Shown: in pieces, positions 1 through 7,690 of the stretch
Position numbering within the stretch: position 1 is the first letter of the stretch
Layout of the letters: each line of letters begins with the position of its first letter
From: Paraspadella gotoi
Taxonomy: Eukaryota > Animalia > Chaetognatha
Direction: 5' to 3'
Assembly: GCA_051294375.1 (NCBI GenBank)
Contig: JBJCIZ010001626.1
Coordinates: 1 to 8,618, forward strand
DNA length: 8,618 nucleotides
The notes under the pieces: model-generated
The model's input: the letters and a program-made list of their open reading frames with translations, nothing else
The model's database searches: none
What the model was told of the DNA's origin: nothing
Translations under genes and position numbers: made by a program

Positions 1-574
1 CTTTCCATTGACTAAGTAGTGAAAAATTAAAGCGGCGTAGAATGTCTCTGAAAATCGATATCTGTCCTAAATTTTCTCGTCACTAATGATTGTTTCGGAA
101 AAGAGAAAGGAAGGAGAAAAAAAGAAGAAAACAATTTTTTTTCTCTTTTCTTCAAACGAAAGAAAAAAGAACGAAGGCGTGTTTAGTTCATTTTTTTTTC
201 TTATCTCTTTTCATTTTGAGTAAGGCCTTCTTTTTCGGAATTAAGCTTCTCCCCCGATTTAGTTTTTTTCTTTAAATTTTTTTTTTCTCACTTGATATTT
301 TTAAGAGCTTACGCCCTTTTCTCGCTCTCTTTCCTACATTTTGCTTTTCCTCACTTGTTCCTTTTCTTCTGCTCCCTCTCCCTCTCTCTCCCCATACTTT
401 AAAAAACATCCGCCGTAGACGTGGCGCTGTCCATTTTTCATTAACGCGCGAGGGCGAGGGAAGCGATCGAGAATTTTTATTCACTTTTTTTAAGACTTTC
501 TCTTTCCGCTTTTTTTTTTCTTTTTTTTTTAGGTTTTTCTCGCTTTTTCTCGAGTTTCTCTCTCCTTTTTTTAG

Positions 575-576
<2 letters not shown>

Positions 577-645
<69 letters not shown>
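577..645. repeat. Perfect trinucleotide microsatellite (GTC)23
   Basis: 23 uninterrupted GTC units read directly; source of the poly-D and poly-T ORF translations. Confidence 0.97.
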
Positions 646-753
646 CTTGAAGGAAAACTCATAATAACATCCTAATGACGCGGTTCGTTTGGACAAACGG
701 CGCTCATTTGCCTTTGCATAATTCATTCGCGTCGTTGACTGGAACAGAATCGC

Positions 754-767
754 GTTGCCAAGGAAAC
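754..767. promoter_or_regulatory. Near-consensus RFX X-box GTTGCCAAGGAAAC
   Basis: Matches the X-box consensus GTHNYY-AT-RRNAAC except for AA in place of the central AT; flanked by C...G like the site at 5537. Function inferred. Confidence 0.45.
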
Positions 768-818
768 GAGAGAGAGAGAGAAAGAGAGAGAGAAAAAGAG
801 AGAAAGAAAAAGAGAGAG
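768..818 (+). repeat. Imperfect (GA)n polypurine tract
   Basis: GA repeats with A insertions, seen directly. Confidence 0.9.
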
Positions 819-1559
819 TAGAAAGTGTTTCTGCTTGGCTTTTAATACCACATGATTTCTTACTCAAAATGTAACATTATTACGCAAATAATTTTTTTTC
901 CCCTTTTCTCTCCCTCTCCTTTAACCAATCTTATAATTTTTGGTCATGAATCTTGTAGGCGAACCAAAAGTAATAAAATTACAATGGTCAACGTATTAAC
1001 AAAAAAAAGAAGAGGAGAATTGCAATGGAAGGAAAGAAGCGAATATGGTTTATTTCTTTTCTGACCATTCGCAAGCAGGGATGAGCAATCTCTCTCCTCT
1101 CTTTCCATCTCTCTCTCTCTGCGAAAAAATGTACAGATTTTTATCGCGACCGTGGTAATGAGTCCTGCGATCGACCACCTTACTCATGCAACGCTGCTCT
1201 CTTTTTCTACTCTCTCTCTCTCGCTCTCCTCATTTTTTTTCATCACCTCACTTTGCTCTTTTTCTTTCCTTTTTTTCATTCCTTCCTTAATACGCGGATT
1301 CCATTTCTCTCTGCGATTTTTTTCTTTTTTTAACCTTTTTTTTTTCCTCATTTCCTTCCATGATTTTTATCATCTTCTTCCTTTTGATTCAATGGTCGAA
1401 CCTTGAATCTCATTATTCGCGTCCACCTCAACACCGCCCTGCAACTTCCCTGACTCCTCATTCCCAACTCAACGACACGCCTTACCCCGAAACAAGCATC
1501 CGACTTTCCATTAATCCCCGAACCTCTCGCGCTGTTTTTTCACTCACCTGAGTCTTGTA

Positions 1560-1650
1560 CTCTCTCCTCTCTCTCTTCTCCTCACTCTCTCTCTCCTCTC
1601 TCTCCCATCTCTCTCTTCTCTCCTCTCCTCCTCCCTCTCGTCTCTTCTCT
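1560..1650 (+). repeat. Imperfect (CT)n polypyrimidine tract
   Basis: Almost pure C/T with CT periodicity. Confidence 0.9.
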
Positions 1651-2112
1651 ATCCCGCCCTTACCCGCCTCGCTCCTCACCTCTCCGAGGCGGTTACATAT
1701 CTTCGCCCTGAATTCCTGGGCTGATTATCATTCTGTCCCAAACTATTATAAAGCTGAAAAAATTTTGTCTCTCGAAGATCCGTCGCTTTCCTCCTTTCCT
1801 ATTTTAAGCCACGCCCCTTTCCCCAATTTTCCCCGGTCCTCCATTTCCGAGCCATTCCTTCTCTCCGCTCCAATCCTCTACATTTATCTAAATTTATTCT
1901 TTTCATATATTCCTATTTGCTAAATTCAAAACACAAATTTTAAACGAGAAGTGATCTACACTTCGCAAAAGTTTAAATTATCAAGCTTTTGTTCAGCAGT
2001 GGCTATATGCCTCTCATCCTTTAAATATTCAATTCAGAAGAATATATTATTTTCGGTCATAAAATGATATTTCTTCTAACTCTCGGATCAAACTCGTTAA
2101 TAAGAATACTAC

Positions 2113-2226
2113 GAAAGAAGAGAGAGAGAGAGAAGAGAGACGAGAGAGAGACGAGAGAGAGAGAGAGAGAGAACGCAGAGAGACAGAGAGAAAGAGAAGA
2201 GAGAGAGAGCACGAGAGAGAGAGAGA

Positions 2227-2277
<51 letters not shown>
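2113..2277 (+). repeat. Imperfect (GA)n microsatellite
   Basis: ~165 bp GA repeat with occasional C interruptions. Confidence 0.95.
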
Positions 2278-2550
2278 TTCTCTTCTCCCGCCGAACAAAA
2301 AAAAATATCAGAATCTTTCCCGTCTATTCCCCGGATTGTCATGAATTCTTCCAATGAGGTCAGACGAGAGGCAAAAATTTCATTATCTTTTCGATTTCCT
2401 AATTTTTCGCCTCGTGTCGTCGTCGTCATCGCCGTCGTTTTTCGTCGGTTGTCGTCGTCCGGAGCGGCCAGAAGGACGCCACTGAGGGATTTTCTAAGCG
2501 GAATATGTATAAACTGACCGAAGAAAGGAACGACGGAAATCAGGGGGAAC

Positions 2551-2581
2551 GAGACGAGAGAGAGAGAGAGAGAGAGACGAG

Positions 2582-2664
<83 letters not shown>

Positions 2665-2701
2665 AGAGAGAGATAGGAGAGAATTAGAGAGAGAGGAGGA
2701 G
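2551..2701 (+). repeat. (GA)n microsatellite
   Basis: ~150 bp, long perfect GA runs with few interruptions. Confidence 0.95.
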
Positions 2702-3348
2702 AAACCGTCTTTACATCATAACCGGCAAACTGTACCAATTTTAAACGAAATGCTTTAAAACAAAATGAAAAGATGAAAGGAATTTAAGTGGACTAGGACC
2801 CCTTATGGGAAATATCAACCAATCATTTAAATATATATGACGTCCTTACAGGAAACGCGTTCCTTTCTTTCATTTTTTTCTTCTTCCTCCTATAATTTTC
2901 TTCCTCCGCTTCGAGGGCTGTTGTTTGTTTATATTTCTTTTTTTGTAGCGAGTTGAGAGAAAAAGAACTTTAATGAGGTAGAAGAGACGACGGCATGGAG
3001 GAAAGACGACGACCGGGCGACGAGACGCGAAAACAAGCCTTTGGATTCATTCTTCATTCTATCGTTCATTTGTTCATTCATCCTTTCTTTCCTTTATAAC
3101 TCTCTCGCGTCGGAAAAAAAATGATAAAAGGAGACTCTTGCGTTCATTTGGCTCTTCTTACGAGTCCAAAATTCACAAGCAAAATGTACAAACAATGTTT
3201 CAATTTTTCTAATTATTTAAATCAAACACTACAATACAGTCGATATATGAAAAAACAAAAACAATTGCAGAGAAAACAACAATTGTTGCCTTTGTTGAAA
3301 TTCCCTCGGCCGGGTCTCTCCGGTTCCGATAAAATCGAGATTTTCCTC

Positions 3349-3358
3349 GTCACGTGAC
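3349..3358. promoter_or_regulatory. Palindromic extended E-box GTCACGTGAC (CLEAR / USF-MiT/TFE type)
   Basis: Exact 10-bp palindrome identical to the CLEAR consensus; binding not shown. Confidence 0.4.
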
Positions 3359-3602
3359 CAGGAAGGGGGAGCGAAGCGAAGTGAATGAACTAATTAGTCT
3401 CACTCCATCTTTGTCACAGAATGAATACTGGCTTGATTGGAAAGATGGAGACAAGAAGGGACGGGGAGAGGGGGTACGGAGGAGGAGGAGGAGGGCAGGA
3501 GGAGGAGGACGCCAGGGAGGAATTGGAACACAGAAGTGAAAAAAGGAAAGATTGCCAAGAGTAGTTCCAGGTTCGAGATTCGAAGACTGTCGTTTCTGCG
3601 GT

Positions 3603-3748
3603 AAAAAGGAAAAGAAAGAAAAGAAGATAACAGAAAATCAAACAGCGAATAAAGAAAAAGAAAAGAAGAAAGCAAGAAACAGAAAAGAAAGACAAAAAAG
3701 AAAGAAAACGAAAAGAAAAGAAAAGAAAAGAAAAGAAAAGAAAAAAAC
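3603..3748 (+). repeat. A-rich polypurine tract containing (AAAAG)6 at 3711-3740
   Basis: Seen directly. Confidence 0.9.
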
Positions 3749-4250
3749 AGAACTTTGGAAAAAGAAAGTGAAAGGTAGTGAAAAGTTAATATTCGAATGA
3801 CATATAGGTACTGAAAAAAAAACTATGACATATCTACAAATTTCAACTACATCATTCATCTATCCAAAAAAAAAGTAAATTCTTTAAAATTCACAGACAT
3901 GGCGGGAAAAGATTTCGGCGACGACCGACCGCCACAACCGACGACGACTGACGAACGAAATATGTCAGACTCGCGACAAATCGATCGGCTGACGTCCGGT
4001 CAAAAGGTCGTCTGCGTTTTCTTCCATCCACGATCCAAACCATTTCCTCCAACGTCACCTAACGAATCCACGATATCACACCATCATTACTTTTTACTCT
4101 TTTTTCCCCTCTCTTTTCCTCTCTTTTCATATCTTATTCAAGGATTTCCAGAATAAGAAATCTCTTCTCTTCCCTCTTCTTGACATCCTGTAAATTTGTA
4201 GTCTCAACTACCACTTTCTCTAAGCAATTTCCCCAAATTCGCCAAAACCG

Positions 4251-4274
4251 CCCCGCCCCCCCCGCCTCCCTCCC
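4251..4274 (-). other. Canonical G-quadruplex-forming motif / GC-box cluster
   Basis: Minus strand GGG-A-GGG-AGGC-GGGGGGGG-C-GGGG (four G-runs of 3 or more, loops 1-4 nt); includes GGGGCGGGG Sp1-type boxes. Confidence 0.5.
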
Positions 4275-4575
4275 TCAAAAAGAAATATCACTTCGCCGAA
4301 TTTGAGAAAAAAAAACCCCGTAACCTCCTTCTCCTAAAAACCGAAAAAAAAAAGGCGCCTAAAATAAAAATTAAATCGAATTTTTTTTCTTCTTTTTTTA
4401 GAAAAAAGTTGTCGAAAGGGAAATTTTAATCGGAAACCATTCGTTAGTGATAATTCCTTCTCGCGGTCAAAAAACAACCGTCAAAAAAGGAGAAAAAAAA
4501 CTCGTTAGAAAAAGAGGGAGGGAGAGTGCATATAAGCACACACACATACAAAAAATATGCCACTATTTGTTCTCG

Positions 4576-4678
4576 CCTCTCTCTCTCTCATCTCTCCTCT
4601 CTCTCTCTCCTCCATCTCTCTCTCTCTCTCTCTCCTCTCTCTCTTCAGTCTGTCTCTCTTCTCTCCTCTCTCTTCTTC
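4576..4678 (+). repeat. Imperfect (CT)n tract
   Basis: Seen directly; interrupted by TTCAGTC at 4644-4650. Confidence 0.92.
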
Positions 4679-5536
4679 GCGCGAAAAACGTCCAAAGGGA
4701 GAGAAACATTAACACTGGTTGTAACAATGCCTGCTCGAGTAATTTTCCGTCTGCGTGGGGGATCGCCAACGAGGCGACGAACGACAACGACGACGACAAC
4801 GACAACGAAAGCGTCGTTCGTTTTCCCCACGGAAAACGCGCCTCCATTGACGCGTTAATGAACTCAATGAGGAAGAAGAGAAAAGAAAAAGAAACGGGTA
4901 AGTTTGCTTTTTTTTCGCGGAGGTGAGGCCGAGTTTAAAATGGAGAAAGGGTGAAAGTTTAAGGGGAGTTGAGATAATGAACCGACGAACGCCACTTCTC
5001 ACTCACCCAACGAAAAGAAAAAAAACACTGCGGTTAATCTTGGCCGATTCTCTTTCCTCAGACCGATGACCACCGCCCCCCTAAACGCGTTAAAGCGTCA
5101 CCGAAAACTCGCCACCTTTCATCCACTCTCGCCGCAGCAGACAACCTACACACCCAACCTCAGCCTCCACGCGTTCAGCCGCCGCTTTAAGTTCTTTGCA
5201 ACGCAAAGGCTTGGCGCCAAAACAGGTAATTGAAGAGGCAAAGGCGAAGGAGAGAGAGGGAGAGAGAAAGAGAGAGAGTAGCAAAAGTGGAGAGGGGGTG
5301 GAGAAGAGAGTGTGAGTGAAAGACAAGAATGAGACAACAAACAAAAAAAAACCCGCCTAGTGCAAACAAAAACCAAACGCAACGACTTCCAAAAAAACGA
5401 CGACGCGTCGAACGCACGAGCCTCGTTCTACGCCGAGAAGAAAAAAAAAAAAGGAAATAAGGAGGAAAAAAAAGAGGAAAGAAAAATAAGAGTGAGAACG
5501 AAAGAAAAATATCGAGGAATATCCGTCGCGGTTAAC

Positions 5537-5550
5537 GTTTCCATGGAAAC
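5537..5550. promoter_or_regulatory. Perfect RFX X-box GTTTCCATGGAAAC within a 16-bp palindrome (5536-5551)
   Basis: CGTTTCCATGGAAACG is self-complementary and fully matches GTHNYYATRRNAAC, the RFX/DAF-19 binding consensus. Confidence 0.6.
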
Positions 5551-5717
5551 GCGAAATGATATCGTATTTCCTTTCCCCCCCAGCCGCTAAAGAGTAAACC
5601 CTTAATTCCAGAGACGTGCCGCCGATGGCGTTGATGACGTTTGCTCCGTTTTTTTTTTTTCTTTCTGTATTCGGCGATGATGTAGCGAAGCTCTCGTTAT
5701 TTCCAGAAAAGAAAAAA

Positions 5718-5718
<1 letters not shown>

Positions 5719-5797
<79 letters not shown>
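5719..5797 (+). repeat. (GA)n microsatellite
   Basis: Near-perfect GA run. Confidence 0.95.
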
Positions 5798-5799
<2 letters not shown>

Positions 5800-5950
5800 A
5801 CTCTTACCAATCTCGTCAAGAAAAGAAATCCTTTTTCCTTTTTTTCTTTTCTCATCTCTCTCCTCTATTTTAAAAAACGAAAGGCGTGATTGTAGTAAGG
5901 GGGATATAAAGTCGCGGAAACGAAAGGAAATGATGTGAAAAGAGATAAGA

Positions 5951-5964
5951 TTCTCTCTCTCTCT

Positions 5965-6030
<66 letters not shown>

Positions 6031-6035
6031 CTCTT
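5951..6035 (+). repeat. (CT)n microsatellite
   Basis: Near-perfect CT run. Confidence 0.95.
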
Positions 6036-6220
6036 GCACAATGGCTTAATGCGTCTGTTAAAACCATTTTGTCGAAAAATTGTAGAGAGCGAATGACTTT
6101 AGTTTTTTTTTCCTTTTTCAGTATTTTTCTCTGGATTCAATTTTCGCCGTTGGAACTCGTAACTGTTTTGACGACGATAAACGTTGAGACAAAACGTTGA
6201 AAAATAAGAACAAATGGAAT

Positions 6221-6321
6221 GAGAGAAAGAGAGAGAGAGAAGAGAGAGAGAAGAGAGAGAGGAGAGAGAAAGAGAGAGAGAGATGAAGAGAGAAGAGGAG
6301 AGAGAGAAGAGAGGAGAGAGA

Positions 6322-6353
<32 letters not shown>

Positions 6354-6360
6354 CAGAGAA
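6221..6360 (+). repeat. Imperfect (GA)n microsatellite
   Basis: Seen directly. Confidence 0.93.
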
Positions 6361-6632
6361 TAGAAAAAAAGAAAGGAAATCTCATAACCCCATGTGGCCG
6401 CCGCGCGCCGGAATAAATAGTAAATGGTACTGCCGCGCGAGAGAAAGTCCACATTCTCACAAGCGGGCGAGAGTCTCTGTCTCTCTTTCGTTTCCTCTTT
6501 CTTATTCCTCTTTTCTCTCTTTCATTTGGTTTTTCCTTGCATTTTACAGGAACTTTTTTTCATTATCTCTTTTTTTTTTTCACACAAACACCTTCTTTGC
6601 AATCTTTTGAATTAGAACAAAAAAAAAAAAAT

Positions 6633-6745
6633 GTATGAGAATGTTAAGAAAGTTTGAAATGCAAATTCGACAACGATTTATTTTGAAGCTTATTATTATA
6701 AGCAATCGTTCTCGAATTCTTTAAACTTTTCTCTAAATCTCATAC
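6633..6745. repeat. Degenerate inverted repeat (fold-back), ~113 bp
   Basis: Nested pairings gtatgaga/tctcatac, aaagtttgaa/tttaaacttt (one G-U), aattcga/tcgaatt, aacgatt/aatcgtt, gcttat/ataagc around a 4-nt loop (6694-6697). Confidence 0.7.
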
Positions 6746-6981
6746 CACGAGCGTGCATAACGGAGGAAACGAAAGGATTTATAATGTCTGAGAATGTTTA
6801 AAATAATTTACATATTACTCTCGTTTCAAAATTTTTTTTTTTCCCTCAAATGAAGAAACAGCCGTATAACCTCCCACGATTCCAGAGTTTCCTCTCTTTA
6901 AACGACAGCTAACAATGCTCTCTGTCGCTTCCTCCCCCCCCTCTCGCCCCCCTTCCCCCCCACCGTGACGTTATTCTTGCG

Positions 6982-7025
6982 TTTTTTTTTTTTTTTTTAT
7001 TTTTTTTTTTTTGTTTTTTTTTTTT
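6982..7025 (+). repeat. Poly(T) tract with two interruptions
   Basis: Seen directly. Confidence 0.95.
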
Positions 7026-7100
7026 CCTTTTTTTCTTATTTCCCACATTTTTGCCACGACTATACGAACTGTGCTTGTTCACACGAATAGTCCGCACATT

Positions 7101-7182
7101 TCTCCTCCTCCGTATCTCCTTCCTTTCCTCTCTTCTCTCTCTCTCTCTCTCTCTCTCTTCCTCTCTCCTCTCTCTCTCTCTC
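7101..7182 (+). repeat. Imperfect (CT)n tract
   Basis: Seen directly. Confidence 0.9.
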
Positions 7183-7279
7183 ACTCGCACCATCTCAACC
7201 ACTCTCAGTCTCGCTATTAAATGAAAAACCGCAGTTGTCTCTCCATTCGAGGAACTCTCCTTCTCGGGCTGTCTACTAG

Positions 7280-7346
<67 letters not shown>
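7280..7346 (+). repeat. Poly(A) tract A31-C-A35
   Basis: Seen directly; exact length may be affected by homopolymer sequencing error. Confidence 0.95.
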
Positions 7347-7347
<1 letters not shown>

Positions 7348-7550
7348 CCGTTATTGCCTTTATTGCTTTATTTTTTAACCGGCTTTTGTGTAGCGTGTTT
7401 TATGGCAGGCTCTGGGCGTCATTCCTTTCTTTTTTTCGAAAAAAAAAAAGAAAAAAATTTTATTCTTTTGTTTTTCTTCTCATAAACGGCATGAATATTT
7501 CCTGAACGAGGGGTTAAAGAAAATTTCCCTCGCGCAGAGGAACAACAAAA

Positions 7551-7639
7551 GACGAGAGAGAGAGTGTGGGGGGGGCGAAGGGAGAAGAAGTGAGAGGAGA
7601 GAGAGAGAGTGAGAAAGAGAGAGAGAGAGAGAGAGGAGA

Positions 7640-7673
<34 letters not shown>

Positions 7674-7690
7674 AGAGAGAAGAGAGAGAG
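7551..7690 (+). repeat. Imperfect (GA)n microsatellite
   Basis: Seen directly, with a G-run near 7568-7575. Confidence 0.92.

Noticed and set aside
53-60. DRE-like AATCGATA
   Set aside because: 7/8 match, isolated and at the window edge with no supporting context.
1542-1550. Perfect minus-strand donor CAG|GTGAGT, plus others near 1660, 1676 and 5001
   Set aside because: The adjoining putative exons are repeat-derived and no consistent minus-strand model emerges; this also shows donor-like words arise by chance here.
1939-1977. Small hairpins (gaagtg/cacttc with tttaaac/gtttaaa; also 6903-6927 and 8588-8603)
   Set aside because: Stems of 5-7 bp are expected by chance in sequence of this length.
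2974-2981. TGAGGTAG (let-7 5' end); also TGAAAGACA at 5317-5325 (miR-71 5' end)
   Set aside because: Only the first 8-9 nt match; the remaining mature sequence and a precursor hairpin are absent.
3891-4156. ORF MAGKDFGDDRPP... with good start context after a TTCACAG acceptor-like site
   Set aside because: No recognisable homology, no convincing downstream donor, and the C-terminal half is low-complexity; cannot be supported as a CDS.
4739-4762. Peptide VIFRLRGG resembling the ubiquitin C-terminus
   Set aside because: The upstream residues show no ubiquitin-fold similarity and derive from a CT repeat; a 5-residue match is expected by chance.
7262-7280. CTAG before the poly(A) as a possible Helitron 3' end
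   Set aside because: No GC-rich subterminal hairpin, and the next base is A rather than T.
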